This document shows, in pieces, positions 8,848-18,079 of a stretch of DNA of 64,000 bases. Source of the DNA: an uncultured Chloroflexia bacterium. Its GTDB lineage: Bacteria; Chloroflexota; Limnocylindria; Limnocylindrales; CSP1-4. Position 1 is the stretch's first letter, and the number at the start of each line of letters is the position of its first letter. Under the pieces are notes generated by a model. The model was not told the origin of the DNA, ran no database searches, and saw only the letters and a list, made by a program, of their open reading frames with translations. The stretch covers positions 2,135,402 through 2,199,401 of the forward strand of contig OY970185.1 in NCBI GenBank assembly GCA_963708015.1, in the 5' to 3' direction. Position numbers and translations under genes: made by a program.

Positions 8848-10193
8848 GCGTCCGACGCCGCCTGGGCGAGATCGCCGGCCTGCGGCGCTGGTTCGCCTCG
8901 GGCGTGGGGATCAAGCGCTGGCTCCTTGTCGTGTTCATCGGCGAGCTCGGCCTCGCCCTGGGGGGCGCCTTCGCCCTGCGCCAGCTGTACCGCGACAGCA
9001 GCGTCGACGGCCCGCTCCAGGGCTTCCTCTACGTCGTGACCCTCCAGTTCCTGCCCTATGTCGTCCGCGGGGCGGTGCTGGCGGCCTTCGGGATCTCGAT
9101 CTTCGCCTACGGCTCGTACCGGGTCCTCCAGGTCCTGATGGGCCCATACCGCTCGCGCGACGACGAGCAGCCCCTGGTCGAGCTGATCTACCAGAAGCGC
9201 TTCCTGGCCCGCGGCCCGAAGATCGCCGCGCTGGGCGGCGGCCATGGGCTGTCGACCCTGCTCCGGGGCCTCAAGGAGCACACCAGCAACCTGACCGCGA
9301 TCGTGACCGTGGCCGACGACGGCGGTTCGTCGGGCAAGCTGCGCGACCAGCTCGGCGTGCCGGCGGTCGGCGACATCCGGAACTGCCTCGTCGCCCTGGC
9401 CGATGCCGAGCCGGTCATGAACGAGCTGCTCCAGTACCGCTTTCCGGGCGAGACCGGCCCGACGAGCCTGGCCGGGCACGCGATCGGCAATCTCTTGATC
9501 GCGGCGATGACCGGGGTCGAGCAGGGCGACTTCGAGGAGGGCGTCCGGCGGATGAACCAGGTCCTCGCCGTGCGCGGCCAGGTCGTTCCCGCGACCGCCA
9601 CGCCGGTCACCCTCAAGGGCACTCGACGGGACGGATCGCTGGTCGAGGGCCAGTCGCGGGTCGGCCGGACGACCGAGCTCGACCGGGTCTGGCTGAGCCC
9701 CGATAACGTCCCCGGCTGCGACGATGCCCTGACCGCGATCGCTGAGGCCGACCTGATCGTGATCGGCCCGGGCAGCCTGTTCACGAGCATCCTGCCAAGC
9801 CTGCTCGTGCCCGACATCCAGGCCGCCCTGGCGGCGTCGTCGGCCCTCGTGATCTACGTCTGCAACGTGGCCACCCAGCCCGGCGAGACCGAGGGCTTCG
9901 ACCTGGCCGATCACGTCGAGGCGCTCGAGCGGCATACGGCCGAGGGGATCGTCGACATCGTCCTGGCCAACAACCGGACTCCGGCCGCCGGAACCGGGCC
10001 GTCCGGACGCGAGACCGTTCGCCTGCGCTGGCCGCCGGCCGGCAGCCGGCCACCGAGGCTGGTCCTGGACGACCTGGTCGATCCGGCCAGCCCGATCCAC
10101 CACGATCCCGAGCACCTGGCCGCCGCGATCTTGCGGATTGCCGAGCGGGAAGGTGCCGCCCGTCGCCGGAACGGCGTCGCCCGCTCGGCGTGA
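8844..10193 (+). CDS. yvcK: gluconeogenesis factor YvcK/CuvA-like (CofD/UPF0052 family) with ~120-aa N-terminal 2-TM extension
   Basis: Core KIAALGGGHGLSTLLRGLK...TAIVTVADDGGSSGKLR matches YvcK/CofD fold; N-terminal hydrophobic segments; GTGA overlap with rapZ. Confidence 0.85.
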   Translation: MSVRRRLGEIAGLRRWFASGVGIKRWLLVVFIGELGLALGGAFALRQLYRDSSVDGPLQGFLYVVTLQFLPYVVRGAVLAAFGISIFAYGSYRVLQVLMGPYRSRDDEQPLVELIYQKRFLARGPKIAALGGGHGLSTLLRGLKEHTSNLTAIVTVADDGGSSGKLRDQLGVPAVGDIRNCLVALADAEPVMNELLQYRFPGETGPTSLAGHAIGNLLIAAMTGVEQGDFEEGVRRMNQVLAVRGQVVPATATPVTLKGTRRDGSLVEGQSRVGRTTELDRVWLSPDNVPGCDDALTAIAEADLIVIGPGSLFTSILPSLLVPDIQAALAASSALVIYVCNVATQPGETEGFDLADHVEALERHTAEGIVDIVLANNRTPAAGTGPSGRETVRLRWPPAGSRPPRLVLDDLVDPASPIHHDPEHLAAAILRIAEREGAARRRNGVARSA

Positions 10194-11053
10194 GCACGTC
10201 CGACCGCGACCTGGTTGCCGCGCTCCGGGCCGAGCTGGCGGCGATCGATCCCCAGCGGACCTGCGATCGGCTCGCCGAGTCGCTCGGCCTCGGCCGCGGC
10301 CTGATCACGCGCGAGCCGTCGATCGCCCGACTGGCGGTCCGCCTTGGGCGTGACGCCGAACGCGCCCCGCAGTCCGGCAGCCGGCGCCGGGCGAAGCATG
10401 TCCGCCTGTCCGACGCGGCTGCCCCGGGCGGCGGCCCGGGAGGGCTGGAGCCGGCCAGTGACTCGTTCGACTGGGCCATCGCGGCCGACCATTGCCGGGT
10501 GGCCTGGCTCCGGGGCCGTTTTCTGGCCCGCGGATCGCTCAGCCTGTCGGCCGGCCGGGCCCACCTCGAGTTCGTGCTCGATCCAGACGAGGCCCCGATC
10601 CTGGCCGCCCGGGTCGCCCAGCTGGGCCTGCCCGCGTCCTGGCGGCTCAGGCGGGGCCGGGGCGTGGTCACCTGGAAGAGTGCCGAAACGATCGGCACGT
10701 TCCTGCGCCGGATCGGGGCCGGGCCGGCGATCCTCGAGCTCGAGGCGCGCCAGGTCTCGCGGGCCGTCCGGGGCGAGCTCAACCGGGTGATCAACGCCGA
10801 GTCGGCGAACCTGCAACGCTCGGTCCAGGCGGCCAGCCGCCAGCTTGCCGCGATCGACCGGCTCGAGGCCGACGGCCGATTGTCGGATCAGCCCGGAGTC
10901 ATCCGGGCCACCGCCGCCGCCCGGCGGGCCACGCCCGAGGCGACGATCGCCGAGCTTGGCCAGGCCCTCAACCTCCATCGCTCGACGGTCCAGCGGGCCC
11001 TGGAACGGATCGAGGATCTCTCGACCGATCGCGATTCGGCCAGTCTGGCATGA
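10190..11053 (+). CDS. whiA: sporulation/cell-division transcription regulator WhiA
   Basis: Position after rapZ-yvcK, LAGLIDADG-like core and C-terminal HTH (LNLHRSTVQRALERI); overlaps yvcK stop. Confidence 0.8.
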   Translation: MSTSDRDLVAALRAELAAIDPQRTCDRLAESLGLGRGLITREPSIARLAVRLGRDAERAPQSGSRRRAKHVRLSDAAAPGGGPGGLEPASDSFDWAIAADHCRVAWLRGRFLARGSLSLSAGRAHLEFVLDPDEAPILAARVAQLGLPASWRLRRGRGVVTWKSAETIGTFLRRIGAGPAILELEARQVSRAVRGELNRVINAESANLQRSVQAASRQLAAIDRLEADGRLSDQPGVIRATAAARRATPEATIAELGQALNLHRSTVQRALERIEDLSTDRDSASLA

Positions 11054-11060
11054 TCCCCTG

Positions 11061-11882
11061 ATGCGACCTGTGGTCATTGCCGCGAACTGGAAGATGCACA
11101 CGACTCCGGCCGACGCGGGCGCGCTGGCCGGTCTCCTCGCGGCCCGGACGGAAGTGCCCGACGTCGAGCGGGTCATCTGCCCGCCGTTCGTCTGCCTCGC
11201 TGCGGTCCGGGACGCCCTGGCGGCCAGCCCGTCCGGGGCGGGCGTCGGGGTTGGGGCCCAGAACGTCCACCACGAGCTGAGCGGCGCCTACACCGGCGAG
11301 ATCGGCGCGCCGATGCTGGCCGGACTCGCCGACTGGGTGATCGTCGGCCACTCGGAGCGGCGGCGCGACGCGGGCGAGACGGATGAGCTGATCGGCCAGA
11401 AGCTGGCCCGAGCGGTCGAGGCCGGCCTGCGCCCGATCCTGTGCGTGGGCGAGCAGCTGGCCGAGCGTGAGGCGGGCCGGGCCGAGGCCGTCGTGGCCGA
11501 CCAGGTCCGGGGCAGCCTGGCTCGGTTTGCCGGCGATCCCGGGGTCCTGCCGCGGGCTCGCCTGGTTGTCGCCTATGAGCCGGTCTGGGCGATCGGAACC
11601 GGGCGAACCGCCCGCGGCGCCGACGCCGCGGCGATGGCCGAGGCGATCCGCCAGGCGTATGCCGGGCTCGGGACCGCCTTTGCGATCGACGCCGCCGACC
11701 TGCCCGTGCTGTACGGCGGGAGTGTCACGGCCGCCTCGGCCGGCGAGTTCCTGGGCGAACCGTCGATCGATGGGGCGCTCGTCGGCGGGGCCTCGCTCAA
11801 GGTCGACGAGATGGCCGGGATCGTGGCCCGGGCGGGTGTCACGGCGGCCGCCCGGCGGGCCGTCCCCGGAGCGATCCGGTGA
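11061..11882 (+). CDS. tpiA: triosephosphate isomerase
   Basis: [13 protein letters not shown]..., [13 protein letters not shown], catalytic-loop motifs. Confidence 0.9.
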   Translation: MRPVVIAANWKMHTTPADAGALAGLLAARTEVPDVERVICPPFVCLAAVRDALAASPSGAGVGVGAQNVHHELSGAYTGEIGAPMLAGLADWVIVGHSERRRDAGETDELIGQKLARAVEAGLRPILCVGEQLAEREAGRAEAVVADQVRGSLARFAGDPGVLPRARLVVAYEPVWAIGTGRTARGADAAAMAEAIRQAYAGLGTAFAIDAADLPVLYGGSVTAASAGEFLGEPSIDGALVGGASLKVDEMAGIVARAGVTAAARRAVPGAIR

Positions 11883-12643
11883 GCACGCTCGTCCTGATCC
11901 GCCACGGCGAGAGCGACTGGAACCGTGAGAACCGGTTCACCGGCTGGACCGACGTCGACCTGTCCGAGGTTGGGGTCGCCGAGGCCCACGAGGCCGGCCG
12001 GCTCCTGCGCGAAGGTGGGTTCGAGTTCGACATCGCATTCACGTCCGTCCTGCGCCGGGCGATCCGAACGCTCTGGATCGGGCTCGACGAGCTCGACCGG
12101 ATGTGGCTCCCGGTCGAACATTCGTGGCGCCTGAACGAGCGCCATTACGGCGCCCTGCAGGGCCTCAACAAGGCCGAGACCGCGGCCGAATACGGCGACG
12201 AGCAGGTCCATATCTGGCGCCGGAGCTATGACGTGCCGCCCCCGCCCCTGCCCGAGGGCGACCCGCGTGAGCCCGGCCGCGACCCGCGCTATGCCGGCCT
12301 GACCGCCGCCCAGCTGCCCCGATCGGAGTCGCTCAAGGACACCGTTGCCCGGTTCCTGCCGGCCTGGCACGAGCAGATCGTGCCCGTGATCCGGGCCCGC
12401 CAGCGGGTCCTGATCGTGGCCCACGGCAACAGCCTCCGGGCGCTGGTGAAATACCTCGACGAGGTGTCGGACGAGGAGATCCCGGGCCTGAACATCCCGA
12501 CCGGAGTGCCCCTGGTCTACGAGCTCGACGACGACCAGCGCCCGCTCGGCCATCACTACCTCGGTGATCCGGCCCGGATCGAGGCCGCGGTGGCGGCTGT
12601 CGCCGGACAGGGCCGGAGCCGAGGCGAGCCCGGCCCGGCCTGA
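11879..12643 (+). CDS. gpmA: 2,3-bisphosphoglycerate-dependent phosphoglycerate mutase
   Basis: [20 protein letters not shown] histidine-phosphatase motif; overlaps tpiA stop. Confidence 0.9.
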   Translation: MSTLVLIRHGESDWNRENRFTGWTDVDLSEVGVAEAHEAGRLLREGGFEFDIAFTSVLRRAIRTLWIGLDELDRMWLPVEHSWRLNERHYGALQGLNKAETAAEYGDEQVHIWRRSYDVPPPPLPEGDPREPGRDPRYAGLTAAQLPRSESLKDTVARFLPAWHEQIVPVIRARQRVLIVAHGNSLRALVKYLDEVSDEEIPGLNIPTGVPLVYELDDDQRPLGHHYLGDPARIEAAVAAVAGQGRSRGEPGPA

Positions 12644-12694
12644 CGTGCTACCATCCCCCGGCTTCGCCGCAACGAGCCTGAGGTCACATTCCGG

Positions 12695-12922
12695 GTGAAT
12701 CCGTTCCTGAGCATCGGCCAGATCCTCGTCGGGATCGCCCTGATTGCCGCGATCCTGCTCCAGGCACGGGGAACCGGCCTGTCGGGCACGTTCGGCGGCG
12801 ATTCCGCGGTGTATCGCAGCCGGCGCGGCGTGGAGCGGCGGCTGTGGCAGTTCACGATCGTCCTGACCGTGCTGTTCGTGCTCTTCTCGCTGGCCGCCTA
12901 CATCTACGCCCCAACGTCCTGA
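12695..12922 (+). CDS. secG: preprotein translocase subunit SecG
   Basis: 75 aa, two TM helices, LQ...GTGLSGTFGG motif; classic tpiA-secG linkage. Confidence 0.8.
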   Translation: MNPFLSIGQILVGIALIAAILLQARGTGLSGTFGGDSAVYRSRRGVERRLWQFTIVLTVLFVLFSLAAYIYAPTS

Positions 12923-12930
12923 TACCGCCC

Positions 12931-12955
12931 GGCGACGGCCTGCCGGCCGGTCGCC
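12931..12955 (+). terminator. imperfect GC-rich hairpin after secG (ggcgacggcc-tgcc-ggccg[g]tcgcc)
   Basis: Inverted repeat with one bulged G directly after secG stop; no clear U-tract. Confidence 0.35.
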
Positions 12956-12973
12956 CATCGAGGCGCCTGATCA

Positions 12974-14758
12974 TTGACCCAGCGAGACCGCGGCTTGATC
13001 GCCGCCCTGTCCGCCCTCCTCGTCGTCCTGGCCCTGGCCGTGGCCATGCCTGCGTCCGGCTCGGGGCCGGTCGCCCTGGCCAGCCCGAGTCCCAACCCCA
13101 GCCCGAGTGCCGCGCCGGGTGACGGCAGCCCGCCGATCTATCGCGAGGGGCTGGTCGGCAGTCCGAGCTCGATCAACCCGCTGACCGCCCGGACCCAGGC
13201 AGATCGGGAGCTCAGCCGGCTGATCTTCTCGGGCCTCGTTGCCCGTGGGTCGGGCGACTCGTACGTCCCGGACCTGGCCAGCGCCTGGACGGTCGATCCG
13301 ACCGGTCGGACCTGGACGTTCACCCTGCGACCCGGCGCGACCTGGCAGGACGGCCAGCCGGTCACCGCCGACGACGTCGTGTTCACGATCAACACGGTCA
13401 AGGATCCGGCCTACCGCGGCCCGCTGGCGGACTCGTGGCGCGAGGTATCGGTCGCCAAGATCGACGAGTCGACGGTCAAGTTCAGCCTGGACACGCCGAT
13501 CGCGGGCTTCCTCGAGGACGCCCTCGTGGGGATCCTGCCCCAGCACCTGCTCGGCCTGACCCCGGTGACCGAGCTCGCCGACTCGGCCTTCTCGAACGCG
13601 CCGATTGGATCGGGCCCGTTCCGGCTCGTCAACTGGGACAGCTCCTCCGCCGAGCTGGTGCCCAGCACCTCGGCCGACGAGCCGCCCGGCCCGACCGGCA
13701 GCGCAAGCCCATCGGCGGGTGCGAGCCCGGCCGACCCCTCGAGCAGCCCGAGCGCCGGCTCGTCCCCGGCCCCGGCCTCGGCGGGGACCGGCCCTGGAAC
13801 GGCCCTGCTGCCCGGGATCGAGCTCGAGTTCTTCGACACCTCGGCCGACCTCGCCGCCGCCTATCGGGCCGGCTCGCTCGACGGGGCGAGCGGCCTGAGC
13901 CCATCTGACGCGAATGCCCTGGCCAGCCTGCCCGGGGCGCGCCTGCTGCGCTACCCGACAACGACCTTGAGCTCGATCGCCTTCAACCTGCGCAGCCCGG
14001 TTGCCCCGACCCAGCCGGCCGTCGTGCGCAGGGCCCTGCTCGAAGCGCTCGACCGCCCGGCGATGATCAACGCGGTCCTGGGCGGCCTGGGCAGCCAGGC
14101 GGACTCGCCGATCCCGCCCAGCTCGTGGGCCTTCGATCCGGCCGCCAGCGCGCCGGTGGCCGCCAGCCAGGCGGCCGCGGCGACCGCCCTGAAGGCAGCC
14201 GGCTGGACGAAGGGGGCGGACGGCTGGATCGCGCCGAAGGCCAAGGCACCGTATTCGTTCGACCTGCTCAGCCCTGACGAGGCGTCCAATCCGATCGCCT
14301 GGGCGACCGCCGAGATGGCCGCTCGCCAGTGGCAGGCATTCGGCCTGAAGGTCGACCATGTCGCCCTCGACCCGGCCGACTTCGTGGCCAAGCTCGGGGC
14401 GGGCTCGTTCGTGGCCGCCCTGGTCGACGTCAACCTCGGGATGGACCCTGACCTGTACCCGCTGTTCGCGTCGACCCAGGCTGTGAGTGGAGGGGCGAAC
14501 GTCACCGGAATCCAGGACTCGACCCTCGACGCCCGGCTCGTGGCCGCCCGCGCGCCGGGCAGCGACGCTGCCCGCCGGGCGGCCTACTCGACGCTCCAGG
14601 CGGCCCTCGTCGCGAACCCGGCGATGCTTCCGCTGTTCTTCCAGGACGACCCGGTCGTGCTCGGCTCACGGGTCGACGGACCCGTGATTCGGACCCTGGC
14701 CGACCCGGCTGATCGATTTTGGGATGTGCTAACATGGCGCCTCGCCGACGGGCGGTAA
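12974..14758 (+). CDS. ABC transporter substrate-binding protein, family 5 (peptide/nickel type) with internal Pro/Ser/Ala-rich linker
   Basis: Signal-anchor N-terminus, SBP_bac_5 motifs (YVPDLASAWTVDPTGRTWTFTLRPGATWQDGQP), C-terminal lobe. Confidence 0.8.
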   Translation: MTQRDRGLIAALSALLVVLALAVAMPASGSGPVALASPSPNPSPSAAPGDGSPPIYREGLVGSPSSINPLTARTQADRELSRLIFSGLVARGSGDSYVPDLASAWTVDPTGRTWTFTLRPGATWQDGQPVTADDVVFTINTVKDPAYRGPLADSWREVSVAKIDESTVKFSLDTPIAGFLEDALVGILPQHLLGLTPVTELADSAFSNAPIGSGPFRLVNWDSSSAELVPSTSADEPPGPTGSASPSAGASPADPSSSPSAGSSPAPASAGTGPGTALLPGIELEFFDTSADLAAAYRAGSLDGASGLSPSDANALASLPGARLLRYPTTTLSSIAFNLRSPVAPTQPAVVRRALLEALDRPAMINAVLGGLGSQADSPIPPSSWAFDPAASAPVAASQAAAATALKAAGWTKGADGWIAPKAKAPYSFDLLSPDEASNPIAWATAEMAARQWQAFGLKVDHVALDPADFVAKLGAGSFVAALVDVNLGMDPDLYPLFASTQAVSGGANVTGIQDSTLDARLVAARAPGSDAARRAAYSTLQAALVANPAMLPLFFQDDPVVLGSRVDGPVIRTLADPADRFWDVLTWRLADGR

Positions 14759-14786
14759 GGCTTCTTGCCGCGCGTTCGGGGATCTC

Positions 14787-14873
14787 GCCGAGGTGGCGGA
14801 ATCGGTAGACGCGCTAGCTTCAGGAGCTAGTGTCCGCAAGGGCGTATGGGTTCAAATCCCTTCCTCGGTACCA
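14787..14873 (+). tRNA. tRNA-Leu: tRNA-Leu (anticodon CAG), long variable arm, encoded CCA
   Basis: Cloverleaf: acceptor gccgagg/cctcggt, anticodon loop tt-CAG-ga, TTCAAAT T-loop, 3' CCA. Confidence 0.85.
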
Positions 14874-14912
14874 GCCCTCGTCAGCGGGATCCCTCAGCGG
14901 TGCGGAACACCT

Positions 14913-14997
14913 GCCCAGGTGGCGGAATTGGTATACGCGTACGTTTGAGGGGCGTATGAGGCAACTCATCCGGGTTCAAGTCCCGGCCTGGGCACCA
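14913..14997 (+). tRNA. tRNA-Leu: tRNA-Leu (anticodon GAG), long variable arm, encoded CCA
   Basis: Acceptor gcccagg/cctgggc, anticodon stem tacgt/gcgta with loop tt-GAG-gg, T-arm ccggg-ttcaagt-cccgg. Confidence 0.8.
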
Positions 14998-15095
14998 CTC
15001 ATCTGACCCCGAGCGGCGGCCAATCACGGGCCGCCGTTCCTGATTCCGGAGTCCCATCCTCAGTCCGCGGAGAGCGCCCCGGTGCCAGTTCTTCG

Positions 15096-15599
15096 ATGAG
15101 CGGATCGATCCGGCCGGCCTACAGCAGCTGGCCGCAGCACAACGCCAGGCTGCGCCAGGTCGTGGCCGGCCTGAGCGAGGCGCAGCTGGCCCTTCGGCCT
15201 GGACCCGAGCGCTGGCCGATCTGGGCCTCGATCGGGCATCTGGCCTGCCAGCGGGTGTTCTGGCTGTGCGACTTCGCCGGGGAGCCCGGCGTCGAGACGA
15301 CGCCCTTCCCGGACGCCGGCAACAACTGCCCGGGCGACGACGACCTCGAGAGGGTCTGGTCGGCCGGCCAGCTTGCCGAGGCCCTCGACTCGACCTTCCG
15401 GATCGCGGAATCGTGCCTTGATCGCTGGAACCTGCCGATGCTCGACGAGGTGATCCGCCGGCCGGACTACGGCGAGGATTGGGTCCACACCCGGGGCGCG
15501 GTCATCCAGCGCTGCTTCGCCCACGATATTTCGCACATCAGCGAGCTGAACGACGTCCTCGCCCGGGCCGGCCTGCCCCAGGTTGATCTCTGGGGCTGA
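15096..15599 (+). CDS. DinB_2/YfiT-like metal-dependent hydrolase family protein
   Basis: 167 aa, DinB_2-type His-containing four-helix-bundle motifs (WPIWASIGHLACQ..., FAHDISHISEL). Confidence 0.6.
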   Translation: MSGSIRPAYSSWPQHNARLRQVVAGLSEAQLALRPGPERWPIWASIGHLACQRVFWLCDFAGEPGVETTPFPDAGNNCPGDDDLERVWSAGQLAEALDSTFRIAESCLDRWNLPMLDEVIRRPDYGEDWVHTRGAVIQRCFAHDISHISELNDVLARAGLPQVDLWG

Positions 15600-16027
15600 G
15601 CGAGCTTCGGTTCGATTCGGCCCTGAGGGTCGGCTCGCTCGGCGGGGTTCGGCGGTCGCCGGCGCTGGCAGAAACCCTCATTGAAGTCCGCCGCGGCTGC
15701 CAGGACGGTCGCCCGAAGGCTGCCGACGCCGGGTGCATGGACCCAGCGTGCACATGGGGTGGGTCCAGCATGCGGATGAGCACCGGCGGACGCGCCGAGC
15801 GGATCGGCACGACGCCGTTTCACTCTCAAGTAGGGCAGCCTGTCGGCCGAGGTGCTCCTCGGCGCATCGGAATCGCCGAGGAGCGGGGGCAATAGCCGCT
15901 GGCTTGCGCTCGGCAGGTCCATGCAGCCGACGCGGAACCCTTCAAGCCGCGGGCCGGCGAGTCGGGGACCGGCGCGCCCGGCCGCAGCACGCTCACGGCC
16001 GGGCCGGGCGGTATTCTCGGTCAGGTC

Positions 16028-16104
16028 GGGCGGTTAGCTCAGTTGGTCAGAGCGCCTCGTTTACACCGAGGAAGTCACTGGTTCGAGTCCAGTACCGCCC
16101 ACCA
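16028..16104 (+). tRNA. tRNA-Val: tRNA-Val (anticodon TAC)
   Basis: gggcggttagctcagttggtcagagc..., anticodon loop tt-TAC-ac, T-loop TTCGAGT, CCA end. Confidence 0.9.
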
Positions 16105-16183
16105 CAGCTCGTGCTCGTTCTTGACCTGAATGAAGGCGTCGGCCCGTCGTCGGCGGGACGCGCCGCCCCGAGTGGAGGCGTCC

Positions 16184-16243
16184 GTGGCCGAACCCAGCGA
16201 GGCCCAAACCAGCGTGGCCGAACCCAGCGTGGCCCAAGCCAGC
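16184..16243 (+). repeat. 2 x 30-bp tandem direct repeat (gtggccgaacccagcg[a/t]ggcccaa[a/g]ccagc), 28/30 identical
   Basis: Direct inspection; lies in the 5' region or N-terminal extension of the VOC gene. Confidence 0.8.
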
Positions 16244-16258
16244 CGGGCCGCCCAGCGC

Positions 16259-16693
16259 ATGGTCGTGGCCCACTTCATCGTCTCGGCGGACGTCGATCGC
16301 TCCCGGCGCTTCTACACCGAGGTCCTCGGCGGCAGGTTGGTGTTCGGACCGCAGCCGACGTATGTCGCGCTTGCCAACGGCTTCATCGTCATCAACGTCG
16401 GCGGGGGCCCAACCGACGACAAGCCCACGGTCACCCTGGACACGCCGAGCGACTCCGACCGGGTCAGCAGCTTCCTGAACCTCCGGGTCGCCGACATCGA
16501 GGCCGCGTACACCGAATGGAGCGCCCGAGGGGCGCAGTTCCTCACGCCGCCCAAGCACCATCAGTCCGAGATCCGTTGCTACCTCCGGGATCCTGACGGC
16601 TACATCATCGAGGTCGGCCAGACCACCGACCCAGGGCGAGACTGGTGGCCCGTCGACTGGCCAGAGATCAAGGCCGGCGGAGGCTCGGACTAA
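16259..16693 (+). CDS. VOC/glyoxalase-bleomycin-resistance family protein
   Basis: MVVAHFIVSADVDRSRRFYTEVLGG...IIEVGQ fold motifs; ORF could start as early as 16130, in which case the tandem repeat encodes VAEPS(E/V)AQ(T/A)S x2. Confidence 0.65.
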   Translation: MVVAHFIVSADVDRSRRFYTEVLGGRLVFGPQPTYVALANGFIVINVGGGPTDDKPTVTLDTPSDSDRVSSFLNLRVADIEAAYTEWSARGAQFLTPPKHHQSEIRCYLRDPDGYIIEVGQTTDPGRDWWPVDWPEIKAGGGSD

Positions 16694-16821
16694 GCCTTCG
16701 TCGCCTCGGGAGCGTTTCAGGCTGCGGGATCGGATCGACCTGGAACAGGCCTACCCGGAGCCCGTCCGGTGCGACACAATGAGCCAGTTCGGGCCGAATG
16801 CACCGAGATCGAGGAGTCACC

Positions 16822-17181
16822 GTGAGCTTCACCGACTGGCTGTGGTCGCTGATCATCCTGTTCTTCTGGGTGATGGCGATCACGATCTGGTTCCGCTGCA
16901 TCTTCGACCTGTTCAGTCGCGACGACCTGGCCGGTGTGATGAAGCTGGTCTGGATCATCGTGATCATCATCATCCCGTTTCTGGGCTGCCTGGCGTATAT
17001 CGTCCTCCGGCCGAAGGTCACGGCGAGCGACGTCCAGGGCATGGCCCGGGCCGAGGCAGCGAACCGCGCGGCCAGCGGCGTGTCGACCGCCGACGAGCTG
17101 GCCAAGCTGGCTCAGCTGCGCGACGCCGGCGCGATCACGATTCCGGAGTACGACGCGCTGAAGGCCAAGCTCCTCGCCTGA
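16822..17181 (+). CDS. small membrane protein with PLDc_N (PLD-nuclease N-terminal) TM domain fused to a C-terminal SHOCT domain
   Basis: WSLIILFFWVMAITIWFRCIFDLF...IIIIIPFLGCLAYIVLRPK (PLDc_N) and ELAKLAQLRDAGAITIPEYDALKAKLL (SHOCT); GTG start 7 nt after GAGGAG. Confidence 0.7.
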   Translation: MSFTDWLWSLIILFFWVMAITIWFRCIFDLFSRDDLAGVMKLVWIIVIIIIPFLGCLAYIVLRPKVTASDVQGMARAEAANRAASGVSTADELAKLAQLRDAGAITIPEYDALKAKLLA

Positions 17182-17230
17182 ACGCTCGAGAGAGTCGACG
17201 AGCCCGCTCCGGCGCGAGCACAATGCGCCG

Positions 17231-17857
17231 ATGAAGATTCGCCTCGCCTTCGTCCTGGCCGCCTGCCTCGCCCTGATTCCCGGCCTGGCCCTGGCCGATT
17301 CGCCGACGCTGACGGTCGCCGGGATCACCTCGGTCCTGCCCGGCGGTGGCCAGGGAACCTGCCCGACGAACGTGAACGTGAGCTTCGCCGTCGCCGGCGT
17401 TCCGACCAACATCACGTTCTTCACGACCGGGATGGATCCGGAAACCGCGACCGGCCAGACGATCACGGTCGACGGCCAGCCGGCCACGAAGTACACGGTC
17501 CAGCACCTGATCGCGGCCACGCCGCCCGACGTGATCCAGGTCTTCCTGGCCAACCCGGCCGAGGGCTCGCACACCCTGGTCATCAAGAGCGGCACGAGCG
17601 GGGTCCGCTGGCGCGGGGCCAACAACGGACCCGACGTGGATGCCTATCTCGCCGCCGACTACACGAATACGTTCACGATCAGCCAATGTGTCCTGAACGT
17701 GGCCGGATCGGCCGGCGCCCAGCCTTCCACCTCGCCGGACACGAGCCCGCCCTCGTCGGGCAGCGGCTCCACCCCGTGGATCCTGATCATCGTGGTGATC
17801 GCCATCGTCGTCGTCGGGGTCGGCTACCTGCTCTCAAGGCGTCGCCGCGCCGGCTGA
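17231..17857 (+). CDS. secreted, C-terminally membrane-anchored hypothetical protein
   Basis: Signal peptide MKIRLAFVLAACLALIPGLALA, Ser/Pro linker, C-terminal TM + RRRRAG stop-transfer. Confidence 0.6.
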   Translation: MKIRLAFVLAACLALIPGLALADSPTLTVAGITSVLPGGGQGTCPTNVNVSFAVAGVPTNITFFTTGMDPETATGQTITVDGQPATKYTVQHLIAATPPDVIQVFLANPAEGSHTLVIKSGTSGVRWRGANNGPDVDAYLAADYTNTFTISQCVLNVAGSAGAQPSTSPDTSPPSSGSGSTPWILIIVVIAIVVVGVGYLLSRRRRAG

Positions 17858-18079
17858 CGCTCGAAGCGGCCCTACGGCGAGCCTCGGACTGGGCGTCTTC
17901 GAATCAGCTCCCGTCCGGAAAGCCACCCCGGTGGAGACCATCGGGAAGTGGGGCAGGACCGCGCCCGCCGGGCAGGCAAGCCCAAACCGGCTGAAATCCT
18001 GAAAGAGCCCGGCCGCAGGCACTGCTAGACTCAGGGCAGCGCGGCTGCCGTTCGTCGGCCCGCACGACCAAGGAGAAGC

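Noticed and set aside
16184-16243. Possible CRISPR-like repeat
   Set aside because: Only two directly abutting copies, no spacers, no cas genes; it is a simple tandem duplication.
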